From positions 5,794 through 69,793 of the forward strand of contig CAZZHA010000001.1 of NCBI GenBank assembly GCA_964653685.1: a DNA stretch of 64,000 nt. Direction: 5' to 3'. Every line of letters begins with the position of its first letter. Position 1 is the stretch's first letter. The DNA is from an uncultured Gammaproteobacteria bacterium (lineage in GTDB: Bacteria > Patescibacteriota > Microgenomatia > PFEM01 > JAHIFH01). The notes beneath the pieces are model-generated. The model was not told the origin of the DNA. It worked only from the letters and a program-made list of their open reading frames with translations, and searched no databases. A program made the position numbers and the translations under genes. Of the stretch, positions 35,990-46,192 are shown one piece after another.

Positions 35990-36422
35990 TTTTTCCTCGC
36001 ACTAAGTCTTTCTTTTTCTTGTTCGACTTTTTCGGTTTTTCTTTTCCTGACTTTTCTTCAGATTTAGGTTTAGCCACTAATTCTAACTTCACCATAGTGG
36101 CATCATCACCACGACGTTGACCCAGACGAATGATTCTAGTAAAACCGCTTGATCTATCTTTAAATTGAGGAGTAATATTATCGACCAACTTATTAACAAC
36201 TTTCCTGTTATTAAGAAAAGCCTCTATTGTTCTTCGAGTGTGGAGAGTATTCTTTTTGCCCTTGGTGACTAAGCGATCAAAAAGTCGACGGACTGCCTTA
36301 GCCTTACTCTCGGTTGTTTTGATTTCCCCATGCAAAATCAAAGCGCTGAGTAAATTTTTAAACAGCGCTCGGCGGTGACTTCTTTTTCGAGATAGTTTCT
36401 TTTTAGTCACTCTATGCTTCAT
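35958..36422 (-). CDS. rplQ: 50S ribosomal protein L17 with a Lys-rich C-terminal tail
   Basis: 154 aa. MKHRVTKKKLSR..HRRALFKNL..IKTTESKAK. The tail overlaps the rplM start by 32 nt. Confidence 0.93.
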   Translation of the reverse strand: MKHRVTKKKLSRKRSHRRALFKNLLSALILHGEIKTTESKAKAVRRLFDRLVTKGKKNTLHTRRTIEAFLNNRKVVNKLVDNITPQFKDRSSGFTRIIRLGQRRGDDATMVKLELVAKPKSEEKSGKEKPKKSNKKKKDLVRGKNEKNKDNQSK

Positions 36423-36469
36423 TTTACTCGATTCTCAGAGAAATAAGATTCTCGCCAAAGTAATCTCTC

Positions 36470-37393
36470 TTATTTTTTCTTTTTCTTGAGAGAAACTCCT
36501 TTTTGGGATAAGGCAGCTTCAACGATGTTGACCGACTTTTCACCCAAATTTTTGACTTTAGCCAAATCGGCTTCGGTTGCCTCAACTAGATTAGCTACCG
36601 TACCATAACCTCCTTTACGGAGAGCGTTGGCGATTCTGGTTGGTAAGTCAAGCTCCTCCACTGTCAATCTCAGATTCAAATTAGGCATTTCACCCTTGGC
36701 CTTTTCCTTTTTAGGCATCTTTTTAGGAGAAGCTATTTGTTGGAAATAGCTAACCAGAATCTCAGCTGACTGTTTTAAGGCCTGACTGGGTTTAAGACTA
36801 CCGTCAGTGGTAATCTCGAAAACCAACCGATTCAAGTCAGTTCTCCGACCAACTCGAGTAGATTCGATTCGATAATTAACCTGAAGAATAGGACTAAAGA
36901 TCGCGTCAATTGGAATCTCGCCCAATTTTTCTACTTCTCTCTCTTCGGCCGGTAGATAACCATAACCAGTCTCAACAATCATCTCTGCCTTGAATCGATT
37001 CTTCCGACTAGCTAAATTGCCAATAACCAAGTCTGGATTAGCAATGTTGACATTAGCCGGAGTTTTAATATCACTCGCCTTAATTTCACCAGGACCAGTT
37101 TTTTCTAAAGTCAATTTGACTGGTTTTTTTCCTTCATAACCAACCTTAACCTGTTTAAGACCAAGAATAAACTCAATGATATCTTCCTTTAATCCTTCAA
37201 GGGTAGAAAATTTATGCTTAACGCCCGCGATCTTTACTTGAGTAATGGCGGCGCCTGGCAAAGCCGAAAGCAAAACTCGCCGCAAAGCATTACCCAGAGT
37301 GTGTCCAAATCCAAGCTCCAGGGGTTCAATCACAAAATGACCAAAATCCTGGGTTTCCTTTTCTTTTTTAATTCGAAATAATGGTTCTATCAT
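36470..37393 (-). CDS. rpoA: DNA-directed RNA polymerase alpha subunit
   Basis: 307 aa. FVIEPLELGFGHTLGNALRRVLLS N-terminal domain and a C-terminal domain (LDLPTRIANALRK). SD AAGGAGG. Confidence 0.95.
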   Translation of the reverse strand: MIEPLFRIKKEKETQDFGHFVIEPLELGFGHTLGNALRRVLLSALPGAAITQVKIAGVKHKFSTLEGLKEDIIEFILGLKQVKVGYEGKKPVKLTLEKTGPGEIKASDIKTPANVNIANPDLVIGNLASRKNRFKAEMIVETGYGYLPAEEREVEKLGEIPIDAIFSPILQVNYRIESTRVGRRTDLNRLVFEITTDGSLKPSQALKQSAEILVSYFQQIASPKKMPKKEKAKGEMPNLNLRLTVEELDLPTRIANALRKGGYGTVANLVEATEADLAKVKNLGEKSVNIVEAALSQKGVSLKKKKK

Positions 37394-37415
37394 TAACCTC
37401 CTTTTATTATTAAAA

Positions 37416-38039
37416 TTATCTTGAATAATATTCGATTATTAACTTATCGTCAATAGCAGCTTCAATCTCTTCTCTTTTTGGCAGACGCATCATTTTACCA
37501 ATTGGGCCCTTTCTTTGCAACCATTTAGGCATATTCCTAGTCCTATCAGCCCAATTTTTCTCCACCGCCGCTATTTTCATCGCCTTCTCACTAATTCGAA
37601 TAAGATCATTAGGCTTAACTTGATAAGAAGCAATGTTAACTCTTTTGTCGTTAACATAAACATGGTCATGACTCACTAACTGCCTGGCGATTGACCGGGA
37701 GGGTGCCAAACCTAAGCGATAGACCACGTTATCTAGCCTTGATTCTAAAAGTTGAAAAAGAACCTCACCAGTCACTTGAGGATTTTTAGCTGCCTTATTA
37801 ACATAACGACGAAACTGCTTCTCCAAAACCCCATAGAGTCTTTTCGCTTTTTGTTTTTCCCTTAACTGCTGACCATATTCGCTTAATCTTTTCCTTAACC
37901 TAGGACCATGTTGGCCTGGAGGTACTGCTCCTTTTCTCTCAATTGGGCATTTGGGCGAATAACAACGTTCACCCTTTAAAAAAAGTTTGATTCCTTCGCG
38001 TCGGCAGAGCCGACATTTAGCATCAGTGTATCTTGCCAT
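37416..38039 (-). CDS. rpsD: 30S ribosomal protein S4 (Cys-containing form)
   Basis: 207 aa. MARYTDAKCRLCRREG..CYSPKC and an S4 domain (LESRLDNVVYRLG). Confidence 0.95.
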   Translation of the reverse strand: MARYTDAKCRLCRREGIKLFLKGERCYSPKCPIERKGAVPPGQHGPRLRKRLSEYGQQLREKQKAKRLYGVLEKQFRRYVNKAAKNPQVTGEVLFQLLESRLDNVVYRLGLAPSRSIARQLVSHDHVYVNDKRVNIASYQVKPNDLIRISEKAMKIAAVEKNWADRTRNMPKWLQRKGPIGKMMRLPKREEIEAAIDDKLIIEYYSR

Positions 38040-38447
38040 TTAAACTCTCCTTTTCTTTTTTGGCCTTGGTCCATTATGAGGAATTGGGGTTACATCAGCG
38101 ATCAAATTCATTTTGATGCCAGCTGCCCTCAAAGCTCTTAAAGCTGAATCGCGGCCCGATCCTGGACCTTTAATATAAACTTCAACTTCCCTGAGACCGT
38201 GAGCTAAAGCTTTTTTAGCGGCTTTTTCAACGGTACTAATAGCCGCAAAAGGAGTTGATTTTCTTGCTCCCTTAAAACCGACTTCACCTGAACTTCCCCA
38301 ACAAACGGTATTACCTTTTAAATCAGTAAAGGTAATGATCGTATTGTTAAAAGTAGCCTGGATGTAAACTTTTCCTTTAGCCACAATCTTAGGCTCTTTC
38401 TTTTGGGGTTTGGTTTTAGTTTTTTCTTTTTTAGCTTTAACCATCAT
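38040..38447 (-). CDS. rpsK: 30S ribosomal protein S11
   Basis: 135 aa. [15 protein letters not shown] and [13 protein letters not shown]. Confidence 0.95.
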   Translation of the reverse strand: MMVKAKKEKTKTKPQKKEPKIVAKGKVYIQATFNNTIITFTDLKGNTVCWGSSGEVGFKGARKSTPFAAISTVEKAAKKALAHGLREVEVYIKGPGSGRDSALRALRAAGIKMNLIADVTPIPHNGPRPKKKRRV

Positions 38448-38887
38448 GCCTCCTTATTTTCTTTGGCTGCTTTCTCCTCTTCTGGATTCTTCTCGGCAAC
38501 ACCAAACTTAGTTAAATCCTTTTTGCGTAATGCTCCAATTGTCTTTCGCTTACCCCTTTTTGTCCGAGCATTCGATCGAGTTCTCTGGCCACGAGAAGGT
38601 AAACCCTGCAAATGCCTCGTTCCTCGATAACTTCCAGTCACTTTCAGTTGCTTAATATTCTCGTTCACGATCGTTCTTAACTCTCCCTCCGTAGGTATTT
38701 TTTCAACCGTCTTTTGTAAACGGGTAATTTCTTCGGCCGTCAAATCCTTAATTCTTTTATTAGCATCAACGGCCGCTGTTTCTAAAACCCCTTGAACATT
38801 TCTCCGACCAATACCATAAATGGCGGTTAAACCGCTATCAACTTTTTTCTCAACTGGTAAATCAACTCCGGCAATTCGAACAGCCAT
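38444..38887 (-). CDS. rpsM: 30S ribosomal protein S13 with an acidic/Lys C-terminal tail
   Basis: 147 aa. [11 protein letters not shown].. and [25 protein letters not shown]. Confidence 0.95.
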   Translation of the reverse strand: MAVRIAGVDLPVEKKVDSGLTAIYGIGRRNVQGVLETAAVDANKRIKDLTAEEITRLQKTVEKIPTEGELRTIVNENIKQLKVTGSYRGTRHLQGLPSRGQRTRSNARTKRGKRKTIGALRKKDLTKFGVAEKNPEEEKAAKENKEA

Positions 38888-38889
38888 GA

Positions 38890-39003
38890 TTAACCCTGTC
38901 TTTGCTTATGACGAGGATTAGAACAAATAACGTAGACTCGCCCTCGCCGGCGAGCAATTTTACAATTTTTACAACGTTTTTTAACTGAAGCTTTAACTTC
39001 CAT
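38890..39003 (-). CDS. rpmJ: 50S ribosomal protein L36 (zinc form), missing from the ORF track
   Basis: Own translation gives [37 protein letters not shown] (37 aa). Lies between infA and rpsM as in the canonical order. Confidence 0.93.
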   Translation of the reverse strand: MEVKASVKKRCKNCKIARRRGRVYVICSNPRHKQRQG

Positions 39004-39005
39004 AA

Positions 39006-39224
39006 TTATTTCTCCCGATAAACTATTCTTCCTTTCGTCTCATCATAAGGTGTCAATTCCACCCGAACCTTATCTCCAGGCATCACTCGAATGTAATGGA
39101 TTCTTATCTTGCCTGAAAGATGACATAAAAGCTTTCTACCATCTTCAAGCTCGACCCTAAACATTGTATTGGGCAAGGCTTCGGTGACTGTTCCGGTTGC
39201 TTCTTCTTTTTTCTCTTTAATCAT
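39006..39224 (-). CDS. infA: Translation initiation factor IF-1
   Basis: 72 aa. [31 protein letters not shown]. Confidence 0.96.
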   Translation of the reverse strand: MIKEKKEEATGTVTEALPNTMFRVELEDGRKLLCHLSGKIRIHYIRVMPGDKVRVELTPYDETKGRIVYREK

Positions 39225-39231
39225 CGATTGA

Positions 39232-39260
39232 ATTTTAACAAAATTTACTTACTTTTTCAA
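39232..39260 (-). promoter_or_regulatory. Internal promoter directly abutting the infA start codon
   Basis: Minus strand reads TTGAAA (39260-39255), a 17-nt spacer ending in TGt, TAAAAT (39237-39232), then 7 nt and ATG (39224). Confidence 0.6.
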
Positions 39261-39277
39261 GCGTAATTAGGCATAAA

Positions 39278-40036
39278 TCATTTTCGAGTCAAAACTAATG
39301 GCTCTCCTTGGGTCACCAGAATTGTGTCTTCAAAAAGAGCCGCTAAATGACCATCGACTGTTTCTACTGTCCAACCATCTTCTCCTACCATGACTTCCGA
39401 ATTTCCTTGGGTATAAATTACCTCAATGGCCAAAGTCATATCAGACTTCAATTTTTCAGTCTCCTCTATTCTTTTTTGCAAATAACAGGGTATTTGAGGT
39501 AGTTCGTGTAATTTTTTTCCCACCCCATGACCCGCTAAAGCCTGGACGGGTTGCCAGCCTTTGCTCTCAATTGTTGTTTGGATTGCCTGAGAGAGATGGC
39601 CAATCCGATTACCTAGTCTGACTGAATTAATAGCAACCTCTAAAGCCTCCTTACCAGCCGATAGAAATTCTTTTTCCTTAAGTCGTTGATCAGTGCCTAT
39701 GTCACCTACTAGCAAGCTATTAGCCTTATCAGTGTGATAGCCTTTGTAAAAGATACCAATATCGATACTAAGTAGGTCACCTATCTTTAATCGATAGTCA
39801 TTGGGAATTCCATGAACAACTCCCTGATTAACATTTAAACAAGTCGCCCAATGATAATCCTTAACCATTTTGAAAGAAGGTTTCCCATTTTGTTTTTTAA
39901 TGAGCTCTTCAGCTGAAATATCAATCTCTTTCAAACTCATTCCTGGCTTAATTTTGAGTTGTTCAAAAACCCAAGCTAATTTCCTACCCCCCTCCTGCAT
40001 TATCTTAATCTCTCTAGCGGTTTTTAAGGGAATCAT
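39278..40036 (-). CDS. map: Type I methionine aminopeptidase
   Basis: 252 aa. Metal-ligand context DIGIFYKGYHTD, GHGVGKKLHE and AIEVIYT. Confidence 0.93.
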   Translation of the reverse strand: MIPLKTAREIKIMQEGGRKLAWVFEQLKIKPGMSLKEIDISAEELIKKQNGKPSFKMVKDYHWATCLNVNQGVVHGIPNDYRLKIGDLLSIDIGIFYKGYHTDKANSLLVGDIGTDQRLKEKEFLSAGKEALEVAINSVRLGNRIGHLSQAIQTTIESKGWQPVQALAGHGVGKKLHELPQIPCYLQKRIEETEKLKSDMTLAIEVIYTQGNSEVMVGEDGWTVETVDGHLAALFEDTILVTQGEPLVLTRK

Positions 40037-40608
40037 TGACTTAACCGTTCCATAATTTCTTGATGAATGACTTCAACTGGTCGTTCGCCATCAACTTCCA
40101 TTAAGATCCCTTTATCTCGAAAATAAGCGATAATCGGATCAACCGTTCGATGGTGGGAATTCAAACGTGCTTGGATTAATTCTTTAGTGTCATCCAACCG
40201 GGCTTTACCTTTAGTCTCACGGCTTTTCTCAGCTCGTAAAAGCAATCTTTCAACTGCCCCTTGATCAGAAATTAATAAAAGAATTGCCCAATTAATCTCT
40301 TCGCCCTCTTCTTTTAAATATTCCTCTAAAGGAGGAACTTGATCTATTCTCCGAGGATAACCATCTAAAACAAAACCTCGATAATGTTTATCCAAAGCTG
40401 GCTTCAAAACCTTAAAGGTTAATTTTCCTGGAACCCAATTTCCTTTCCCCCAATATGAATGAGCTTTTAACCCATCGGGTGTTTTTTGCTCATAGGCTTG
40501 ACGAAAAAGTGCTCCCATAGAAATAGTCGGAATTTCAAGTTTTTTGGCTAAAAGCTCTGCTTGGGTTCCTTTGCCTGAACCAGGAGCACCAAAAATAACA
40601 AAATTCAT
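40033..40608 (-). CDS. adk: Adenylate kinase (short lid, no Cys4)
   Basis: 191 aa. P-loop [11 protein letters not shown] and DGYPRR. Confidence 0.93.
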   Translation of the reverse strand: MNFVIFGAPGSGKGTQAELLAKKLEIPTISMGALFRQAYEQKTPDGLKAHSYWGKGNWVPGKLTFKVLKPALDKHYRGFVLDGYPRRIDQVPPLEEYLKEEGEEINWAILLLISDQGAVERLLLRAEKSRETKGKARLDDTKELIQARLNSHHRTVDPIIAYFRDKGILMEVDGERPVEVIHQEIMERLSQ

Positions 40609-41891
40609 TTTAGAAAACCCTCATAGCTTCTCATGGTCATCATCGCTTCTAATTGACGAGTTGTCTCCAAAATGACCGAAACGACAATCAAAATCCCGGT
40701 ACCGCCAATCGTCAGAGTGGCAATCCCAGTTAAGCCTTGGGCAATTGATGGTAAAATAGCAATCAAACCTAGGAAAATCGCTCCGGCTAAAGTAATTCTG
40801 TTTAAAATTCGATTAAGATAATCAGCCGTTGGTTGACCAGGACGAATTCCGGGAATGAAACCACCATACTTACGAATCTCCTCAGCAATTTTATCTGGAT
40901 TAAAAACCACTGCCGTGTAAAAATAGGTGAAACCAACCACTAATAAGAAATAGGTAAGATTATAGACAACACCGCCTGGTTGAAAGATGGTGGCCAAACT
41001 AACCGCTATTTTAGCAATCATTGGTTGAGGCACTCCCTGAAGAAAACTACCCAACATTGAAGGTAGAAGAATCAAGGAAACCGCAAAAATAATAGGAATC
41101 ACTCCGGCTTGATTAATTTTTAAAGGTAAATAAGTTGATTGACCGCCATAAATCTTTCTACCTCTCATCCGACGAGCATACTGAATCCTAATTTTTCGAC
41201 TCGCCTCGTCAACCACTATAATAGCCACAATGACCGCTAAGGCCATTGCTAGAAAAATGATGAGATTAAACAAATTACCTGGTTCGAAAATACTAAAAGT
41301 TTGACCGAGTTCGACCGGATAACGAGCAACAATCCCGGCAAAAATCAACATGGAAATTCCGTTGCCAATACCGTATTCACTGATCAATTCGCCTAACCAC
41401 ATCAAGAAAATCGTCCCAGCCACCATGGTGATAACTAAACTAATCAAACTCAGTGGTGAAAGACTGGTAATGATCTGTTGGTTTTTTAAAAGAGCATACA
41501 TACCCAAAGATTGAACCATAGCTAAAGGAACGGTTAAAATCCGAGTATACTGGTTAATTTTTTCTCGACCATATTCACCTTCTTTAGAAAGTTCTTCTAG
41601 TTGAGGAATCACCATCGTCAATAATTGAAAAATAATTGAGGCATTAATATAGGGATTAAGGCCAAGAGCCATAATCGAAAAATTGGCCAAAGTGCCACCC
41701 GAAAAAATATCCAATAAACCTAATAATTGGTTGCGGGCAAAGAGCTCTCGCAGAGCGGCAGTATTAACTCCACCGACGGGAACATGGGCAGCAAAGCGAA
41801 AAACAATAAAAATCCCAGCTGTAAAAAGGATTTTTTTTCTTAATTCGGCAATTTTCCAGGCATTAAGAAGAGTATTAAGAATTCTATTCAT
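40605..41891 (-). CDS. secY: Preprotein translocase subunit SecY
   Basis: 428 aa, 10 [18 protein letters not shown] and [13 protein letters not shown]. Confidence 0.96.
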   Translation of the reverse strand: MNRILNTLLNAWKIAELRKKILFTAGIFIVFRFAAHVPVGGVNTAALRELFARNQLLGLLDIFSGGTLANFSIMALGLNPYINASIIFQLLTMVIPQLEELSKEGEYGREKINQYTRILTVPLAMVQSLGMYALLKNQQIITSLSPLSLISLVITMVAGTIFLMWLGELISEYGIGNGISMLIFAGIVARYPVELGQTFSIFEPGNLFNLIIFLAMALAVIVAIIVVDEASRKIRIQYARRMRGRKIYGGQSTYLPLKINQAGVIPIIFAVSLILLPSMLGSFLQGVPQPMIAKIAVSLATIFQPGGVVYNLTYFLLVVGFTYFYTAVVFNPDKIAEEIRKYGGFIPGIRPGQPTADYLNRILNRITLAGAIFLGLIAILPSIAQGLTGIATLTIGGTGILIVVSVILETTRQLEAMMTMRSYEGFLK

Positions 41892-42487
41892 CTTTTAACT
41901 TCTTTTTTATTAACTTTGGTTATTTCCTTTTTCTTCTTTGTTGCTTTCTTTTGGGTCTTAACGGTCTTAACCAGTCCTGACTTCTCTTTCTTGGTTGACT
42001 CAGGTTTTAATTGATTAATCTTGAGCTGTTTTTTAACCTTAATTACTTTGCCTCCGGCTTTTTCAATTTTTTTGGTCGCTCCCTTAGAGGCAGGTAGCTC
42101 AACAATTAGAGCCACATTCAAATCACCATCACCCAAAATTTTAACTCCTTGTTTTTCAGTTTCATCCCTCATTAAGATTCCCTTTTTGACTAGAGTGATT
42201 AAATTGACTTTTTCCCCTTTCTTAAAAAGATTGAGATATTTAAGGTTAACCACCAAAGGCTTAGGCTTTAATGACTTAAATCTTCCTTTACCTCGCTGAA
42301 GTGGCAGTCTTTTAAGAAAAGATTTCTTTGTTTTAGTTCCTTCGAAGGTTAAACCAACTTTATTTCGAGCTTTTAGTCCCTTTGCACCTCGACCAGCGGT
42401 ATGACCACCTTTACCTGAACCATAACCTCGACCGACTCTTTTCTTTTTCCTCCTAGTAGTTTTTGGTAATTTATCTAATTTTATCAT
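41888..42487 (-). CDS. rplO: 50S ribosomal protein L15 with a long Lys-rich tail
   Basis: 199 aa. [21 protein letters not shown]. Starts 1 nt after the rpsE stop, so there is no room for rpmD. Confidence 0.94.
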   Translation of the reverse strand: MIKLDKLPKTTRRKKKRVGRGYGSGKGGHTAGRGAKGLKARNKVGLTFEGTKTKKSFLKRLPLQRGKGRFKSLKPKPLVVNLKYLNLFKKGEKVNLITLVKKGILMRDETEKQGVKILGDGDLNVALIVELPASKGATKKIEKAGGKVIKVKKQLKINQLKPESTKKEKSGLVKTVKTQKKATKKKKEITKVNKKEVKR

Positions 42488-42488
42488 T

Positions 42489-42974
42489 TTAATTTCCTTT
42501 TGAACGTTTAAGCTGCTTCAAAGCTTCAAGAGTCGCATAAACATTATTAATCTTATTATTACTCCCCAGGATTTTAGAAACAATATCCTTTATTCCCGCC
42601 GCTTCAACCACCACCCGAACCGCACCACCGGCTTTAACCCCTGTTCCTGGAGGAGCTGGTTTGATTAAGATTTTGGCGGCACCTCGTTTAATCCGTACCT
42701 CGTGAGGAATAGTAGTTCCTTTAATAGGGACCTCAATCATTTTCTTTTTAGCTTGTTTCATCCCTTTTTGGATTCCAGAAATCACGTCAGGCGCCCTACC
42801 CAAACCAATACCAACCCTTCCCTTTCTATCACCAACAACGGTCAGAACCGAAAAGCTAATCCGGTTACCTCCCTTTGTCTTTTTCGAAACTCGATTAACT
42901 TGAACCACTTTCTCCTCAAACTCTTTTTCTTCTTGATTTTCCTCTATCATTCTTCTTCTAGGTTGATTAAACAT
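42489..42974 (-). CDS. rpsE: 30S ribosomal protein S5
   Basis: 161 aa. [27 protein letters not shown] and [11 protein letters not shown]. Confidence 0.95.
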   Translation of the reverse strand: MFNQPRRRMIEENQEEKEFEEKVVQVNRVSKKTKGGNRISFSVLTVVGDRKGRVGIGLGRAPDVISGIQKGMKQAKKKMIEVPIKGTTIPHEVRIKRGAAKILIKPAPPGTGVKAGGAVRVVVEAAGIKDIVSKILGSNNKINNVYATLEALKQLKRSKGN

Positions 42975-43017
42975 TATTTTATTTTTCTTAATTTTAAATT
43001 AATTTTTTAAGCCTTAA

Positions 43018-43368
43018 TTAAAATTTAAGACCTCCTTCTCTAACACCTTCAGCCAGCGCCTTGACTCGTCCGTGATAGCGATAAGGGCCGCGATCAAAAA
43101 TAACCTTTTTAATTTTCTTTTTCAGCGCTTTTTTTGCTAAGGCTTCTCCAATCAACTTAGCCTTCTCGGTTTTGGTAACTGATTTAACTTCTTTGCTAAG
43201 ATCTTTCTCGCTCGCTCCCACTAAAGTCTGACCCTGTTCATCATTAATAAGTTGAGTGTAAATCTTTTTATTAGAACGAAAAACCGATAACCTTGGTCTT
43301 TCGTTTGTCCCTTTAATTTTTTGTCTGACTCTGTTTTTTCTTTTTAATTTTTGCTCTTTTTTAGTCAT
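43018..43368 (-). CDS. rplR: 50S ribosomal protein L18
   Basis: 116 aa. [18 protein letters not shown] and [26 protein letters not shown]. Confidence 0.95.
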   Translation of the reverse strand: MTKKEQKLKRKNRVRQKIKGTNERPRLSVFRSNKKIYTQLINDEQGQTLVGASEKDLSKEVKSVTKTEKAKLIGEALAKKALKKKIKKVIFDRGPYRYHGRVKALAEGVREGGLKF

Positions 43369-43380
43369 CTTTCCTCCTGA

Positions 43381-43947
43381 TTAATTACTACCAGCAGAAC
43401 CCCCTTCGCCGACTTTACCAGCCTTACCTGGTTTTCGCCTCACTTCTTCATCTTGATAACGGACACCTTTGCCTTTATAAGGTTCGGGCGGTCTAATCTG
43501 ACGAATCTTAGCGGCCACTTGACCAACTAAGGCTTTATCAATTCCAGAGATTTTGATTGTTTCTTTATCCCCAACTTCAAATTGAATTCCTTTAATTGGT
43601 TCAACTACCACTGGATGAGAAAAACCTAAAGACAAAACCAAATTTTCCTCCTGCTTTTCTGCCCGATAACCTGTGCCGACTAATTTTAAGACTTTACTGT
43701 AACCTTGAGTGACACCAGTAATCATATTCGCCACTAAAGTTCTTATTAGGCCGTGCAAAGAACGACTAAATTTATCATTCTTTTTCCGAATGACTTTAAT
43801 TTCGTCTTGACCAATCTCTAATTTGATTTCCGACCGAATCTTTTGCTTCAACTCGCCTAGGGGGCCTTTTACTGTCAAAGTTAAACCATGATAATTAATT
43901 CCGACTCCCTCTGGTATTTTAACTGGTTGTTGACCTATTCTCGACAT
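43381..43947 (-). CDS. rplF: 50S ribosomal protein L6
   Basis: Real start is MSRIGQQPVKIP at 43947; the ORF-track start at 43986 overlaps rpsH. GYRAEKQ and PPEPYKGKGVRY. Confidence 0.94.
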   Translation of the reverse strand: MSRIGQQPVKIPEGVGINYHGLTLTVKGPLGELKQKIRSEIKLEIGQDEIKVIRKKNDKFSRSLHGLIRTLVANMITGVTQGYSKVLKLVGTGYRAEKQEENLVLSLGFSHPVVVEPIKGIQFEVGDKETIKISGIDKALVGQVAAKIRQIRPPEPYKGKGVRYQDEEVRRKPGKAGKVGEGGSAGSN

Positions 43948-43954
43948 TTTTCCT

Positions 43955-44347
43955 TTACCATAATTGACAAATAACTTCGCCGCCAAGTTTTTTCTTTTTG
44001 GCTTGCTTATCGGTCATTAAGCCTTTAGAGGTAGAAAGAATTCTCATCCCAAAACCACTTCTAATCGGCTTTAGCTTTTTAGCTTGAAGATAAACCCTCA
44101 GGCTAGGCTTAGAAACGCGTTCTATATTTGTAATCGCCGGCTCTTGGTGTGGATATTTCAAACCAACAACTAGTTGTTTTTCTTGAGGTTTTTTACCTTC
44201 AACTGTTATCTCTTTAAGATAGCCTTCCTTAACCAAAATCTTGGCTAAATTTTCTTTAGTGGCCGAATAAGGCACTTTAAATTTCCTTTTCCGAACAGCA
44301 TAGCCATTTTTAATTCTAGTAATTAAATCACCAATTGGATCAGTCAT
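43955..44347 (-). CDS. rpsH: 30S ribosomal protein S8
   Basis: 130 aa. MTDPIGDLITRIKNG and ILSTSKGLMTDKQAKKKKLGGEVICQLW. Confidence 0.95.
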   Translation of the reverse strand: MTDPIGDLITRIKNGYAVRKRKFKVPYSATKENLAKILVKEGYLKEITVEGKKPQEKQLVVGLKYPHQEPAITNIERVSKPSLRVYLQAKKLKPIRSGFGMRILSTSKGLMTDKQAKKKKLGGEVICQLW

Positions 44348-44348
44348 T

Positions 44349-44534
44349 CTACCAACTTGCCTTAGTTACCCCAGGCAACTCTCCTTTATGAGCTAATTCG
44401 CGAAAACAAAGCCGACAAAGACCAAAGAGGCGTAGATAGGCTCTTGGCCGACCGCAAAGTTGACAGCGATTATGCTGTCGAGTTGGATATTTTGGTTTTC
44501 GACCATCTTTAACAACTTTTGATTTTTTTGCCAT
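44349..44534 (-). CDS. rpsN: 30S ribosomal protein S14, type Z (zinc form)
   Basis: 61 aa. [25 protein letters not shown]. Confidence 0.95.
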   Translation of the reverse strand: MAKKSKVVKDGRKPKYPTRQHNRCQLCGRPRAYLRLFGLCRLCFRELAHKGELPGVTKASW

Positions 44535-45097
44535 TATTTCTCTCCTTTTTCAAAAGGCATACCTAATAACTCTAACAATCTCTTGGCCTTTTCATTTGTT
44601 CGGGCATTGGTTACAATCGTCATCTCCAAACCTCTGACTTTGTCCACCTTAGAATGATCAATCTCTGAAAAAACAATCTGTTCTGGTATTCCAAGACTGT
44701 AATTACCTTGACCATCAAAGCTCTTCAAAGAAACCCCTTGAAAATCTCTTAACCGAGGCAAAACGACGCTTATCAGCTTTTCTAAAAAATCATACATCCG
44801 GCGGCCTCTTAAAGTAACCATCAGGCCAATTGACTGACCTTTGCGTAATTTAAAACCAGCAATTGATTGTCGAGCCCGAGTCGTCTTGGGTCGCTGGCCA
44901 GTGATCATCGCTAAATCTTCACTGGCTGCTTCTAAAGCTTTCTTGTTATCTAAAGCCTCACTTAAACCAATATTAACTACAATCTTCTTTAATTTTGGTG
45001 CCGCCAAAGAATTACCTAGACCAAATTCTTTGGTCAGTTGAGGGGCAATTTCCTTCTGATATTTTTCTTTTAAATTATTGTTTGACATTTCCGACAA
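44534..45097 (-). CDS. rplE: 50S ribosomal protein L5
   Basis: 187 aa. [32 protein letters not shown]. Alternative ATG at 45088. Confidence 0.94.
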   Translation of the reverse strand: MSEMSNNNLKEKYQKEIAPQLTKEFGLGNSLAAPKLKKIVVNIGLSEALDNKKALEAASEDLAMITGQRPKTTRARQSIAGFKLRKGQSIGLMVTLRGRRMYDFLEKLISVVLPRLRDFQGVSLKSFDGQGNYSLGIPEQIVFSEIDHSKVDKVRGLEMTIVTNARTNEKAKRLLELLGMPFEKGEK

Positions 45098-45399
45098 ATT
45101 CTTGCTTTAACCACCTTATTACGAACCTTACCACTCTTTTGTTCAATCCGATAACCGACTCGGGTCGGCTTTTTGCATTTCGGACAGAAAAGGGCAACGT
45201 TAGCTATAGGTAAAGGCTTAACAATTTCAATAATCCCACCTGGTTTTTTATCGCTTTGCTTCCGGGCATGTTTTTTATAAACATTAATACCTGGAATAAG
45301 CGCCTTATTGATCTTAGGAAAAATCTTTTCAATCTTTCCTTTGCGACCCTTATCTTTACCCTTAAGGACGATAACTAAATCACCTTTCTTTAATTTCAT
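45070..45399 (-). CDS. rplX: 50S ribosomal protein L24 with two CxxC pairs in the C-terminal part
   Basis: 109 aa. KOW motif [20 protein letters not shown]; Cys at CPKC and CRKC. Confidence 0.93.
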   Translation of the reverse strand: MKLKKGDLVIVLKGKDKGRKGKIEKIFPKINKALIPGINVYKKHARKQSDKKPGGIIEIVKPLPIANVALFCPKCKKPTRVGYRIEQKSGKVRNKVVKARICRKCQTII

Positions 45400-45764
45400 A
45401 TGACCTCCGTAGCCAGAGAAGCAATCTTAGCATAACCCAAATCTTTAATTTCCCTAGCCACCGGACCTAAAATTCTGGTCCCTTTCGGATTACCATGCTT
45501 ATCAATAATCACCGCCGCGTTGTCATCAAAGCGAACAAAAGAACCATCGGTCCGACCCTGTTCTTTTTTGGTTCTAACAATGACGGCCCTAACTACCTCG
45601 GCATCTTCAACCACGCCACTAGGATCAGCCTGATCAACAATAGCCACAACAACGTCGCCAATTCTACCAAAGCGTCGCTTTGAACCACCTAAAACCAGAA
45701 TCACTTTTAATCTTTTCGCCCCAGTATTATCGGCTGGCTTTAGAATTGTTCTTAACTGAATCAT
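45396..45764 (-). CDS. rplN: 50S ribosomal protein L14
   Basis: 122 aa. [17 protein letters not shown] and [29 protein letters not shown]. Confidence 0.96.
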   Translation of the reverse strand: MIQLRTILKPADNTGAKRLKVILVLGGSKRRFGRIGDVVVAIVDQADPSGVVEDAEVVRAVIVRTKKEQGRTDGSFVRFDDNAAVIIDKHGNPKGTRILGPVAREIKDLGYAKIASLATEVI

Positions 45765-45991
45765 TTTTTAACCACCTTTAAAACCTTCCATTTCTTAGTT
45801 TTGCTGATTGGTTTTGTCTCCGTAATAATGACTTGATCACCAACTTTAACTCCCAATTCATCATGGGCATGAAATTTTTTCTTAACTTTCATTCTCTTTT
45901 TATAAATAGGATGAATCTTAAGTCTAACAACCTCAATAGTAGCCGTTTTATTCATTTTAGTCCTAATAACTTCACCTTTAAATTGTCTCAT
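45761..45991 (-). CDS. rpsQ: 30S ribosomal protein S17
   Basis: 76 aa. [16 protein letters not shown] and [18 protein letters not shown]. Confidence 0.95.
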   Translation of the reverse strand: MRQFKGEVIRTKMNKTATIEVVRLKIHPIYKKRMKVKKKFHAHDELGVKVGDQVIITETKPISKTKKWKVLKVVKK

Positions 45992-46191
45992 TTAGTTAAC
46001 TCCTTTTCTCTTAGAATTGTTTTTAAAAACGCCAATTGATGACGCTGATTCATCAATTGATGAAAGTTCTTAAGCTTACCCGCTTTTAGCTCTAATCTCA
46101 ACTCAGCTAATTTTTCTTCTACCTTACCTATCTCTTTTTGCAATTGAACGATGGTTTTTTGATGTAATTCCTGCTTTTCTTTGTTTTTCAT
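45988..46191 (-). CDS. rpmC: 50S ribosomal protein L29
   Basis: Real start MKNKEKQELHQK at 46191, 1 nt after the rplP stop at 46193 (one nt, 46192, lies between). The ORF-track N-terminal extension to 46290 lies inside rplP. Confidence 0.9.
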   Translation of the reverse strand: MKNKEKQELHQKTIVQLQKEIGKVEEKLAELRLELKAGKLKNFHQLMNQRHQLAFLKTILREKELTK

Positions 46192-46192
46192 T

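Noticed and set aside
36423-36469. An imperfect hairpin between rpoA and rplQ, considered as a possible attenuator.
   Set aside because: The pairing is AT-rich, interrupted and lacks a U-tract, so it is not distinguishable from chance in AT-rich DNA.
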